NCBI GenBank assembly: GCA_963749565.1
Contig: CAVVNL010000022.1
Span: 44,782 to 108,781, forward strand
From: an uncultured Acidobacteriota bacterium
Lineage (GTDB): Bacteria > Acidobacteriota > Vicinamibacteria > Vicinamibacterales > CAVVIG01
Length of the DNA stretch: 64,000 bases
Direction of reading: 5' to 3'
Below are positions 9,517 to 20,160 of this stretch, piece after piece. The notes beneath the pieces are model-generated. The model did no database searches, had not been told where the DNA came from, and saw only the letters and a program-made list of their open reading frames with translations. Position numbers and translations under genes: made by a program. Position 1 is the first letter of the stretch. Each line of letters starts with the position of its first letter.

Positions 9517-10599
9517 TTGCCCTCCCGCCGGCGGCTAGCGCTCGGCCTGTCGCCGACGCCGGGCCCCGGACTTGCGCTCCTCCTGTTCGGGATGGCGCTC
9601 GGCCCGAGGGGCATCGGGCTGCTTTCCGAACCGGCGCTCGCCGCGCTCGATCCGGCTGTGTCGGTGGCACTGGCGGCCCTCGGCGTCTTCGTTGGGCTCG
9701 ATCTCAAGGTGCGCCGGCCTCGCGAAGATCGCCTCCTCGCGGCTGCGAGCCTGGAGGCGGGCGCGACCATTCTCATGGTCAGCGGCGGCGCGCTGCTGGT
9801 CCATGTGCTGTCCCCATCGCCTTCGTTGGCCAACCCGTGGCTCTTCGCGGTGCTGCTCGGCCTCTGTGCCTCATCATCGTCGACGCCAGCGCAGGCTTCG
9901 ACGGAGACGCGCCAATCAGCGACCTTGCGGATCGGCGATCTGGACGATGTTCTGCCAATCGTGCTGGGAGCGCTCGCGCTGGCGTGGGCTCGCGAGGGAA
10001 CACCCGCCGCCAGCGTGTGGGTCCTGGCGCAGAGCGTTGTGGTGGCGCTGATGATCGCCCTGGCAGCCCGGCTGCTGGTTGCGGAGACGTCGTCGGACAG
10101 CGAGCAGCGGGTGTTCGCGATCGGCGCCCTGCTGTTGCTCGGCGGCACGGCGGCGCACCTGTCGCTGTCGGCGCTGTTTGTCGGCTTCCTCGCCGGCGTG
10201 TTCTGGAACGCGGCTGGTCCTCGGGCGCTCGACGCGCTGGAGCGGGACATGCGGTATCTGCAGCATCCACTGACGGTCCTGCTGCTGATCGTCGCGGGAT
10301 CGCGCGTGACGTTCTCCGCAGGAGCGGCCGGGCTCGTGCTCGCGTACGTGATTCTCAGGACCGGGGCGAAGCTGGTTGGCGGCTGGCTCGCCTCCGCGGT
10401 TGTGGCGCCTGAGCTGCCACGCGATGTCGGCTTCCACCTCACCTCCCCCGGTATCGTCGGCATCGCATTCGCGCTGAACGCGCTGCAGGCGCGCGGCGAT
10501 CTGCCAATCGCGTCAACGCTGTTCACGGTCGTGGTTGCCGGATCGCTTGCGTCAGACGCGCTGTCGCTGTTGGCGTCGCGCCGGGAGGTGCCGGCATGA
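9517..10599 (+). CDS. cation/proton antiporter-like membrane protein (Na_H_Exchanger-type), paralogue 1
   Basis: About 10 hydrophobic helices. GPRGIGLL near the N-terminus, typical of CPA-type exchangers. 4-nt overlap with the next gene. Confidence 0.7.
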   Translation: MPSRRRLALGLSPTPGPGLALLLFGMALGPRGIGLLSEPALAALDPAVSVALAALGVFVGLDLKVRRPREDRLLAAASLEAGATILMVSGGALLVHVLSPSPSLANPWLFAVLLGLCASSSSTPAQASTETRQSATLRIGDLDDVLPIVLGALALAWAREGTPAASVWVLAQSVVVALMIALAARLLVAETSSDSEQRVFAIGALLLLGGTAAHLSLSALFVGFLAGVFWNAAGPRALDALERDMRYLQHPLTVLLLIVAGSRVTFSAGAAGLVLAYVILRTGAKLVGGWLASAVVAPELPRDVGFHLTSPGIVGIAFALNALQARGDLPIASTLFTVVVAGSLASDALSLLASRREVPA

Positions 10600-13356
10600 A
10601 GCGCCTGCTCGGTGTCGCGCTGGTCGTCATGGCCGTGCTGTGGGTCCGCCGGACCGACACGGCCGGGACCGATCCGTCCACGACGGCGCTCGCGCTCGGC
10701 TTCACGCTGATAGCGGCGATGGTGGCCGGCGAACTGCTGCGGCGGTTCCAGCTGCCGCGCCTGACCGGATATCTGCTGTTCGGGATTCTGGTCGGTCCGT
10801 ACCTCGGCAACGTGATCACGCTGCCGATGGCGCGTGAGCTCCAGACGGTCAACGGCATCGCGACGGCGCTCATCGCCTTCATTGCCGGGCTCACGCTCAA
10901 CTTCGAGCGGCTCGGCTTCCGCGTGGCGGGCACCGGCCGGTTCATCGGCACGACCATCGCGGTGGCCATGCTCGGGATGTTCGCTGTGGCCTGGATAGTG
11001 TGGGCGTGGCTGCCCGTGGCCCCGGACGCCGCGGGCATCGCCAAGCTCGCGATGGTCACGCTGTTCGTCATCGTCGTCATCAGCTTCTCGCCGACGATGA
11101 CGGCCGCCGTGATTTCGGATACGGGGGCCCGGGGGCGCCTGAGCGACCTCGTTCTCGCGATTGTCGTCCTGGCGGACCTCCTCGCGCTCGTTCTGTTCTC
11201 GGTGGGCGATGCACTTCGCACGTCTGGCCCTTGGCGAGGGTGCCGACGCCGACGTGAACGTGCTCGTACGGCTCGCGTGGGAAATCCTCGGCGCGCTGGC
11301 GTTTGGCGGTCTGGTCGGCGCCTCGTTCGCGCTGTATCTGCGTTACGTGGGACGCGAAGTCACCCTGGTCCTCCTCGGTGTGTGCGTGCTGCTCAGTCAG
11401 GTCGGCAGGACCCAGGGATTCGAACCGCTGCTGGCCGCCATGGCCGCCGGGCTGGTGATCCAGAACGTCGCGGTCCCGCAGGGCGATGCGCTGAAGGTGG
11501 CGATCCAGCGCGGAGCGCTCCCGGTGCTCGTGGTGTTCTTCGTCGCGACGGGGATGTCGCTGCAGCTCGATGCGCTCGCTCAAATCGGGTTCGTGGCGCT
11601 GGCGCTCGTCGCGGCGCGGATCGCCCTGATTCGACTCGGAGTGGCGGCCGGGCTGAAGGCGTCGGGGATCGACCGCCGTACGGGCGAGTACGTATGGACC
11701 GGCCTCATCTCACAAGCCGGCATTACGCTGGGGCTCGCCTCGGTGCTGGCCACGGAGTTTCCCACCTGGGGAAGCCGGGTGCAGATGCTGCTGATAGCGG
11801 TCATCGCGATCGACGAGTTGATCGGGCCGGCGCTCTTCCGCCTCGGCCTGGCGCGCGCGGGCGAGATCGAGACGACAACGCGGCGGCCCCTGATCGTCGT
11901 GTCCAACAGGGAGCCGTATCTGCACAACTACGACAGAGAGGGCCAGATTGTCGTGTCGCCGGCGACCGGCGGCGTCGCGGTCGCGCTCGACGCGTTGATG
12001 CGCGAGCGCGACGGCGTCTGGATTGCGCACGGCGACGGCACGGCCGACAGTGCCGTGGTGGACGCCGCCGACAAGGTGCGCGTGCCGCCGGGCCGGCCGT
12101 CGTACCAGCTTCGCCGCCTGTGGCTGGATCCGGAGGAGTACGCCGCGTACTACGGGGGATTCGCGAACGAAGGATTATGGCCGCTGTGCCATCTGGTGGA
12201 CGTGCGTCCGAAATTCCGGAGCGACGAGTGGGCGGCGTACCAGTCGGTGAACGCCCGCTTTGCCGCGGCGATCGACGAGGAGCTGCCGACGTCCGATACG
12301 CCGGTCTTCATCCAGGACTATCACCTCGCCCTGGTGGCCGGGTGCCTGCGCGAGCGGCGGCCGGCCGCGCGCACGGCGCTCTTCTGGCACATCCCGTGGC
12401 CGTACCCGGATCGGCTGCGCATCTGCCCGTGGCGGCGCGAGATCCTGACCGGGCTTCTGGCGAACGACCTCGTGGCGTTTCAGCTGGAGAGCGATCGCCG
12501 CAGCTTCGTGCTGGCCGTGGAGGACGAGCTGGACGCCGAAATCGAGTCCGGCGGCCAGCGGATCTGGTTTCGCGATCGGGTCAGCACCGTCACAGCTGTT
12601 CCGATCGGGGTGGACTACGACCGTATTCAGGGTGTCGGCGGCGATTCGGCGCTCGGGGCGGAGCAGCGGCGGCTGCAGGAGGCGTTCGGTCTCGAGCCGT
12701 CGGGCATTCTCGGCCTGGGCGTCGATCGTCTCGACTACACGAAGGGGATTCCGGAGAGGCTGGAAGCGCTCGATCGCGTCTTCACTCGCCGTCCCGAGCT
12801 TCGCGGACGGCTGACCTTCCTGCAGATCGGCGTGCCGTCGCGATCGAATCTCGGCAGCTACAGCGCGATCGAATCGGAGATCGACCGGAAGGTCCGGGCA
12901 GTCAACGACCGGCACGGGATTCCCGGTCTTCCGCCGCCTGTCTACTACCACAAGGGAGCGCTGCAGCTGCCGAGCCTCGTCGCGCTCTATCGGCTCGCGA
13001 ATTTCTGCATCGTGAGCTCGCTGCACGACGGGATGAACCTGGTCGCCAAGGAATTCGTGGCCGCGCGAGAAGACGAGGACGGCGTCCTGGTGCTGAGCGC
13101 CCTGGCGGGGGCGGCGCAGGAGCTGCGGGAAGCGCTGATCATCAACCCCTACGACATCGACGACTTCGCCGACGCCCTGATGCGCGCCCTGGACATGCCC
13201 GTGGAGGAGCGGCGGGCGCGCATGCAGGCGATGCGGCGGAATGTTGCCGGGCGCAACGTCTTCAGCTGGGCTTCGGACATCCTGGAAGGACTCGAAAGCC
13301 TCTGGACCAAACCGCTTCAGTACGCTGCCCGAGCCCCCGAGGACGCCCCCATGTAA
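10596..13356 (+). CDS. otsA: cation/proton antiporter domain fused to trehalose-6-phosphate synthase (GT20); frame break about 11205
   Basis: The TM-rich N-half runs in the frame of ORF 10596.. (...[22 protein letters not shown]). It continues after a 1-nt shift in ORF 11161..13356 ([10 protein letters not shown]...[20 protein letters not shown]...[17 protein letters not shown]). That frame runs without a stop into the GT20 core: [55 protein letters not shown]. Confidence 0.8.
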
Positions 13357-13378
13357 GATCCGCCTGGGAAGACGACGC

Positions 13379-15038
13379 ATGAGACGAACCGCGACCGCCA
13401 TCGATCCACTCTGGTACAAGGACGCCGTCATCTACGAGCTGCCCGTCAAGTCGTTTGCTGACGGCAACGCGGACGGCGTCGGCGACTTTCAAGGCCTGTC
13501 CGGCAAGCTCGACTACCTGCAGGGCCTGGGCGTGACCTGTCTCTGGTTGCTGCCGTTCTTTCCTTCGCCATTGAGAGACGACGGCTACGACATCGCCGAT
13601 TACGTCACCGTGCATCCGAGCTATGGCACGCTGGACGATTTCAAGAAGTTCCTGCAGGCCGCCCACGAGCGCGGCCTGCAGGTCCTCATCGAGCTGGTCC
13701 TCAATCACACATCCGATCAGCACCCATGGTTTCAGCGCGCACGGCTGGCGCCACGCGGATCGCCGGAACGCGACTACTACGTGTGGAGCGATACCGACCA
13801 GCTCTACCAGCAGGCGCGGATCATCTTCGTCGATACGGAGCGCTCGAACTGGACGTGGGACCCGGTCGCGCAGGCGTACTACTGGCACAGGTTTTTTCAT
13901 CACCAGCCGGATCTCAACTACGACAACCCGGCGGTCGTCCGCGAAATGCTGGCGGTGCTGGACTTCTGGCTCGATCTGGGCGTCGATGGCTTCCGAATCG
14001 ACGCCGTGCCGTACCTGATCGAGCGGGATGGCACGAGCTGCGAGAACCTGCCCGAGACGCACGTCATCATCAGGGCAGTCCGCGCGCACCTCGACGCGCG
14101 GCATCCCGGCCGGCTGCTGCTGGCCGAGGCCAATCAGCTGCCGGCCGACGTGCGGGCTTACTTCGGTGACGGCGACGAATGCCACATGGCGTATCACTTC
14201 CCGGTCATGCCGCGAATCTTCATGGCGCTGCACCTCGAGGATCGACAGCCGATCACCGACGTGATGGAGAAGACGCCCGCCATTCCGGACAGCTGCCAGT
14301 GGGCGCTCTTCCTGCGGAACCACGACGAGCTCACGCTCGAGATGGTCACCGACGACGAGCGCGACTACATGTATCTGGCGTACAGCATGGACCCGCAGGC
14401 GCGGCTCAACGTCGGCATTCGCCGGCGCCTGGCGCCGCTCGTCGGCAACAGCCGGCCCCGCATCGAGCTGCTGGTCGGCCTGCTTTTCTCGTTTCCGGGC
14501 ACGCCGATCATCTACTACGGCGACGAGATCGGGATGGGTGACAATCTCTATCTCGGGGACCGCAACGGCGTGCGGACGCCGATGCAGTGGACCGGCGATC
14601 GCAACGCCGGCTTCTCGCGCGCCGATCCCGCCCGGCTGTACAGCCCGGTCGTCATGGATCCGGTGTACGGGTACCAGGCGGTGAACGTCGAAGCGGAGGA
14701 GAGCGACGCCGCCTCGCTCCTCCAGTGGATGCGGAACATGATCCGATTGCGGAAACAGTTCAAGGTCTTCGGCCGGGGGACGATGGAGTTCCTCTCGCCG
14801 TCCAATGGCAAGGTGCTCGCTTACGTGCGGCGGTACCGACGACAACGTGATTCTCTGCGTGGCCAACCTGTCGCGCGCGGTACAGCCGGTGGAGCTCGAC
14901 CTGAGCGCCTTCGCCGGCCTGATACCGGTGGAGATGCTGGGGTATACGGAATTCCCGACGATTGGAACGGCGCCGTACTTTCTGACGCTTGGGCCCTATG
15001 GCTTCTACTGGTTTGAACTCGAGCGTTCAGGAAGCTGA
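13379..15038 (+). CDS. treS: trehalose synthase / maltose alpha-D-glucosyltransferase (GH13); frame break about 14832
   Basis: [72 protein letters not shown]. The C-terminus [22 protein letters not shown]...YGFYWFEL lies in ORF 14805..15038. Confidence 0.9.
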
Positions 15039-16268
15039 CCTCGCGGCCCCCGGCGCCGACATCGTCGTCGCGCTGACGAGCCGCAACGACGTACGCACGA
15101 TCGGTGCGGTCGCCGGCGCCCTGCAGGAGGGCCTGGCGCGATACTTCGGGTCGAGCGCCGCTCGATTCGTGCTCGCGGACGCCGGATCCACCGACGGCAC
15201 GCGCGAGGCGGCGCGCGAAGCCGTGCGGCCGTCCGACGCTCGTGGAGGTGGAATACGAGGGCGGGGCGCCACTCGGCGAACTGCCGTATCACGGCTACCC
15301 CGGCCGCGCCGCGGCGTTGCGGGCGATTCTCCAGACGGCACAGCGCGCTGGCGCCAGGGCCTGTGCCGTCATCGATTCGGGCCTCCAGGGCGTGTCACCA
15401 GAGTGGATCGAGCGGCTCGTCGGGCCCGCGCTGACGGACGGGTTCGATTACGTGTCGCCGTACTACACGCGCCATGTCAACGAAGGCGACATCACCAAGG
15501 GTATCGTGTACCCGATGTTCAGGGCTCTGTACGGCGTGCGCCTGCGGCAGCCCGCCGCCGGCGAGTTCGGCTGTTCCGGGCGTCTGGTGACGCACTATCT
15601 GCAACAGGACTTCTGGGACGTCGAGCAGGCGTCGGTCGGTATCGACTTCTGGCTGGCCGCCGCGGCGGTATGCGGAGAGTTCCGGACGTGCGAGGCGGCG
15701 CTCGGCGCTCGCGCCTCGTCACGCGGCACACCGGCGGACCTGAGCACGACGCTCGCGCAGGTCGTGGGCGCGCTGTTCGCCGACCTCGAGACCCACGCCG
15801 AGGTCTGGCAGCGCGTCAGGGGCTCGGTCGCGATCCCGGTCTTCGGAACCGTTCCGGCGATTGGTCCGGAGGCGCCGCCCCTGAACGTCGACGGGTTGAT
15901 CGACTCGTTCCGGCTCGGCTACCGCGAGCTCCGCGAGATCTGGACGTGGGTGCTTCCGCCCCGGACGATCGTCGAGCTGCGGAAGCTGACCGAGACGCGT
16001 GCCCGAGCGGTTTCGTTTCGACGATCGGCTCTGGGCGAGCATCGTCTACGACTTTGCGCTCGGCTACAGCCTTCGAGTGATGCCGCGCGACCACCTGCTC
16101 CGCTCGTTGACACCCCTCTACACCGGGTGGGTGGCGTCGTTCGTTCTTCAGATGGGAAGCGCCAGCCTGGAGCGGATCGAAGAGCGCGTCGAGCAGCTCT
16201 GCAGGGGTTTCGAATCGGAGAAGCGTCACCTCATCTCGCGGTGGCGCTGGCCCGAGCGGCTTCGCTGA
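14998..16268 (+). CDS. GT-A fold (family 2-like) glycosyltransferase of unknown acceptor; frame breaks about 15230 and about 16003
   Basis: [27 protein letters not shown]...[16 protein letters not shown] (nucleotide-sugar binding region) in the ORF 14989 frame. The core ...[39 protein letters not shown]... lies in the ORF 15104 frame. The C-terminus [22 protein letters not shown]... lies in ORF 15999..16268. Start is uncertain (ATG 14998 or TTG 15010). Confidence 0.65.
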
Positions 16269-16310
16269 TCGGGCCAGGCCGAACGGGGAAACGGACGAAG
16301 AGGAGCAGCC

Positions 16311-17009
16311 ATGTGGGCACAAGTTGACCAGATCCTGCGGCAGGCTTCGGCGCAGATCGCTGACCACGTCGCGAATTTTCTGCCCGGGATGCTCGTCTCG
16401 CTGATGCTGATTCTCGCGACCTTCGTGGTCGCCATGCTCGCCCGGATGCTGCTGGTGCGGGCGTTGCGCGGGCTCGACTTCGACCGCCGGGCGGAGCAGT
16501 CGGGGGTGGCGGCCCTCGTCGGGTGGCCGTCGTCGACAAGTCCGTCGCAGACCGTCGCGCGCGTCGTCTATTGGACGATCCTGATCCTCGGCCTGCTCGT
16601 CAGCCTCACCACGTTGAACGCCACGATCCCGTCGCGGCTCGCGTTGTCGGTGTTCGAATACGTTCCGCACCTGCTGGCGGCGCTGATGGTGCTCGTCGTC
16701 GGCGCGGTGGCGGCGAGGTTCCTGGCGCGATCGGCGCTGATCGGCGCCGTCAATATGCAGATCCGCTCAGCCCGGCTGCTGAGCCTCGCCGTCAAGTGGC
16801 TGGTGCTGCTCGTCTCGGTCGCGATGGCCCTCGATCATCTCGGCATCGGCCGGACCGTGTTGCTGCTGGCATTCGCGATCCTCTTCGGCGGCATCGTGCT
16901 GGCGGCCGCCCTGGCAATCGGCCTCGGCGCGCGAGACGCCGTCAGCCGGACGATCGAACGGCAACTGACCGAACCGCCGCCGCGTGACGACAGAGTGAAC
17001 CACGTCTGA
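16311..17009 (+). CDS. membrane protein with repeated conserved-TM-helix segments (small mechanosensitive-channel-like)
   Basis: Repeated units of the type FLPGMLVSLMLILATFVVAMLARMLL, YVPHLLAALMVLVVGAVAARFLARSAL and LLLAFAILFGGIVLAAALAIGLGARDAV. Confidence 0.55.
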   Translation: MWAQVDQILRQASAQIADHVANFLPGMLVSLMLILATFVVAMLARMLLVRALRGLDFDRRAEQSGVAALVGWPSSTSPSQTVARVVYWTILILGLLVSLTTLNATIPSRLALSVFEYVPHLLAALMVLVVGAVAARFLARSALIGAVNMQIRSARLLSLAVKWLVLLVSVAMALDHLGIGRTVLLLAFAILFGGIVLAAALAIGLGARDAVSRTIERQLTEPPPRDDRVNHV

Positions 17010-17039
17010 TACAAGCGCCCGTTTCGGACTAGCGACTCC

Positions 17040-17202
17040 GTACGTGGGGTCCGCCTTCAGGCGGACCAGCACGGTAGGGCTACAGCGTGTTTCGAATCGA
17101 TGTAGCGCAGGACTTTAGTCCTGCCCACACTGGCCATTCAGCAGGTCTTAAGACCTGCGCTACACGGAATCGGAAACCGCTCTAAAGCCGGACACCACGT
17201 AC
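17040..17202. repeat. BIME-like cluster of four REP hairpins (families A and B)
   Basis: 17040-17067 is GTACGTGGGGTCCGCCTTCAGGCGGACC. 17101-17124 is TGTAGCGCAGGACTTTAGTCCTGC. 17141-17164 is GCAGGTCTTAAGACCTGCGCTACA (same unit inverted, stem changed compensatorily). 17187-17202 is GCCGGACACCACGTAC (inverted family A end). Confidence 0.65.
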
Positions 17203-18056
17203 TACAGGGCAACCGCGCGATCGACCCGGCCGGGCACCTCGACCTTGGGCATCCGCGCCAGGAAGTACCCAACGGTCATCAATCCGATGGCGACAGAGAG
17301 CAATGTCACGAGGGACGTGTCGAGCGCAAAAGGATTGCCGGGGTTTGCCATTCGCGTCGGGACAATGCCGGTGGTCTGATTCGCGGCCGAGTGCATCAGC
17401 ATGGCGAGCAAGAGGCTGCCATTGGTATGCGCGTACAGCCATGCGATGGCGACCGACAGCATGGTCGATCCCAGCACGAACACCGGGAACGACTGTCCGT
17501 AATTGCCAAGTCCTGCCACAAAGAACAGCGGCAGATGCCAGACCCCCCAGACCAGCCCCAGCATGAGACTCGCGCTTGCGAATCCAAAGCGTGCCGCGAG
17601 GCGAGGCAGGGCATAGCCGCGCCACCCCATCTCTTCACCTGCCTGAATGGGAGTCGAGATCACGATCGCCGCCGCGATGACATACCACGATTCATTGCCG
17701 AAGGGCGGCCACGCGCCGCTGATGAGGCGATGCGCGATCGCGGCGGTCAGTTTGATTGCCGCGATGTAGCAGACGGCGAACGCGTACCATTGCCAGCCCG
17801 CCGGCCACTCGAACAGGCGATCCAGGAGTGCCTTTGTCCCCGGCCTCCCCTCGTCCCACGCCGTCAACCCGAGGGCGACCAAGGCTGGCGCGAAGGTGCC
17901 GAGAAACAGCAGCGGAGTACGAAGAGCTGAGAACGCGGGAGCGAACGAGCCCGTTCCACTGGACAGGGCAGCTGCTGCGATGAAGCAAGTCCACGTGAGC
18001 GTGTACGTGAGTGCGAAAAACCTCAGCATGCTGCGATCAAGTCGCTCGTTCACCAA
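17202..18056 (-). CDS. CPBP family intramembrane glutamic endopeptidase (CAAX protease/Abi-like)
   Basis: Motifs EEMGWRGY, WGVWHLPLFF and LLAMLMHSAANQ within a polytopic membrane protein. Confidence 0.85.
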   Translation of the reverse strand: MVNERLDRSMLRFFALTYTLTWTCFIAAAALSSGTGSFAPAFSALRTPLLFLGTFAPALVALGLTAWDEGRPGTKALLDRLFEWPAGWQWYAFAVCYIAAIKLTAAIAHRLISGAWPPFGNESWYVIAAAIVISTPIQAGEEMGWRGYALPRLAARFGFASASLMLGLVWGVWHLPLFFVAGLGNYGQSFPVFVLGSTMLSVAIAWLYAHTNGSLLLAMLMHSAANQTTGIVPTRMANPGNPFALDTSLVTLLSVAIGLMTVGYFLARMPKVEVPGRVDRAVAL

Positions 18057-18731
18057 CTACCTGGCGAACGGTTTGTCGACTGATGCATCGAACAGCGCCA
18101 GATCGAGGAACTGACCCATCGCTCGGTATCCGGCCGCATTCGGATGCACGTCGTCTTCGCACGCGAATTCGGGCTTAAGCGACTGGCTCTCGTCATAGAC
18201 GGCCCCACCGCTCGGAATGGGTGCGAATGCGTCGGCAGACGTCTCCGCTGCGTGGTGCCCGACCGCAAGGTAAGTCGTCACCAGGGCGAGGGTGTCCATG
18301 CTCACGTCGGACGCCGATGCGACGTCGAGGCTCACGGCCAGCCGCTGGAACGCTTTGACGTCGAACGAAATCGGATCGCTCCAGGCCGATTCGTCAGGTC
18401 TGAGTGTGAGACGCTCGGCCCCCGCAAACGTGAGTCGACGGTTCGTACCGGGAACCACGGTCGCGCCGGGGCCAGAAACGCCCACGAAGGCAGCCGAGAA
18501 CACCGCCGCCTCTACTCCGCGGATGTTCGTGAGCTTCACTCGCAACGATTGACCTGAGAGGGTGGGGCGGACGATGAGGCGCACGGAGTTGCCGTTGAGC
18601 CCGTCGACAACGCGTCCAACGTTGTGCGCGGCCGCCCACGCGGAAAACCAGCGCGGTTCCTGTGCACGGACGGCCAGGGCCATCGCTGCCGTCGTGGCCA
18701 GCGCGACCACACACGTTCTCATCGTCCTCAT
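18057..18731 (-). CDS. secreted SGNH/GDSL-hydrolase-family remnant (N-terminal beta domain plus only the last catalytic block)
   Basis: Signal peptide MRTMRTCVVALATTAAMALAVRAQ. The C-terminal DDVHPNAAGYRAMG matches SGNH block V. No GDS(L) nucleophile block is present; about 180 aa of the usual catalytic domain appear to be missing. Confidence 0.5.
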   Translation of the reverse strand: MRTMRTCVVALATTAAMALAVRAQEPRWFSAWAAAHNVGRVVDGLNGNSVRLIVRPTLSGQSLRVKLTNIRGVEAAVFSAAFVGVSGPGATVVPGTNRRLTFAGAERLTLRPDESAWSDPISFDVKAFQRLAVSLDVASASDVSMDTLALVTTYLAVGHHAAETSADAFAPIPSGGAVYDESQSLKPEFACEDDVHPNAAGYRAMGQFLDLALFDASVDKPFAR

Positions 18732-18784
18732 CGTCGCCCCCTCTTGGGCGCGCTACTCGGCGGAATCGGATTCAGCTGGCCGCC

Positions 18785-19456
18785 TCATTCTAGCCTTAGC
18801 AACGTGAGAAGGTCGTGGAGCTCGTCGATGACGGCATCGGCTTCGACCATTCGTGACACATTTGGATCTCGTCGCCAAATTGCCTGCATGCCCGCAGATC
18901 GCGCTCCGGCCACGTCTACTTCGGGGTGGTCACCTACAAAGACCGCTTGAGCGGGATTGACGTGGAGCCGCTCCAATGCACGGCGAAAGATCTGGCGATC
19001 TGGTTTGCTGATGCCCTCGGCGTCGGAAATCAGGATGGTGTCAAACATGGGGGACAGAGCCAGGCATTCCAGCTTGCTCGTCTGCATTCGAACGGAGCCA
19101 TTCGTGATCAGCCCGAGCTTCAGGCCCGATGCGCGAAGACACGAAAGCGTCTGGGCGGCATCAGGGAACAGCAGACAGGCACTCGGAAATCCGGTGCGGT
19201 AATCGTTCAACAGTGTCTCAGCCAAGCCAGACGACAGCTTGAACTGCCCGATCGTGCCGGTAAACAGCTCCTTCCGCGGACCATACCCGTCGCGATCACG
19301 CTCTATAAGAGTCTGAACGTACTGCTCCTGGCTTACAGCCTGGAGGAAGTGAGCAAGCCGTTCCCATTGATCTCGCGCAAACCGCTCGAAGCTTCGACGA
19401 CGGTCAAGCAGGGTTTCGTCGAGGTCGAAGACCACGGCCTGAATATCCGCTCGCAT
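18785..19456 (-). CDS. HAD-IA family hydrolase
   Basis: VVFDLDETLLD (motif I), GLITNG (motif II), VFVGDHPEVDVAGARSAG (motif IV). Confidence 0.8.
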   Translation of the reverse strand: MRADIQAVVFDLDETLLDRRRSFERFARDQWERLAHFLQAVSQEQYVQTLIERDRDGYGPRKELFTGTIGQFKLSSGLAETLLNDYRTGFPSACLLFPDAAQTLSCLRASGLKLGLITNGSVRMQTSKLECLALSPMFDTILISDAEGISKPDRQIFRRALERLHVNPAQAVFVGDHPEVDVAGARSAGMQAIWRRDPNVSRMVEADAVIDELHDLLTLLRLE

Positions 19457-20160
19457 CTGTGCTGCTCAGCGCTCTAAATACCACGAGATGGCCGAATAAG
19501 GCGGCCTGAACCAGGAACGTGGGAAGCCACACATAAGGGAACGTGCTCGGGAGCAGGTTCGGCGGATCGTTCATGAAGTACCGGAACGGGACCGGGGTCG
19601 AGAGAATCGCGATCGTGACGAATGTTGACAAGTAGCGCGAGACCCATGATGTTCCAGACGACAACGAGCCATTTCGTGCGGTGACCCGCCCAAAGCCAGA
19701 GTCCCAGTGCTGCCGCAAGCACACCAGTGACGACGTCGAAATTTCGTCCGGCATAGGTCATCTGGACCGGGATCACGCCCTCGGAATAGAGCTCGTGCAG
19801 GACCCATTCGAGGGGCACGCGAAAGACCTGATAGCCGACCAGGCCGGCCAGCGGGACTCCAGCGATTATTCGGGAACCAAAGGCCGAAAAGGCCAAGATA
19901 GCAGTGCCGAACGTGATCAAGCCGACGAGAACGAGCGCCGGTGCCGGGAGCGGAGAGTACCTGTCGAGGGCTCCTCGGCTCGCGAGAACTGCGGGTACCA
20001 CCAACCAGAATACGAGGACAATCGTGAGGACGCCGAATCGTCCCCGGTTCAGATGCCCTCGGCTCTGAACCATCGTCAGCACTGCATAAACAAAGATCGA
20101 GGCCACGCCCAGCGTGACGGCGACGAACAGGGCTTCGGTAGTAGTCGAAGGGCTGGTCAT
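19404..20160 (-). CDS. polytopic membrane protein of unknown function; frame break about 19620
   Basis: ORF 19474..20160 has hydrophobic helices up to ...VVWNIMGLALLVN. It continues in ORF 19404..19754 (VTIAILSTPVPFRYFMNDPPNLLPSTFPYVWLPTFLVQAALFGHLVVF). Confidence 0.5.

Noticed and set aside
13262-14866. 534-aa minus-strand ORF
   Set aside because: It is antisense to treS and has no recognisable domains. The same applies to 12175..13431 (antisense to otsA).
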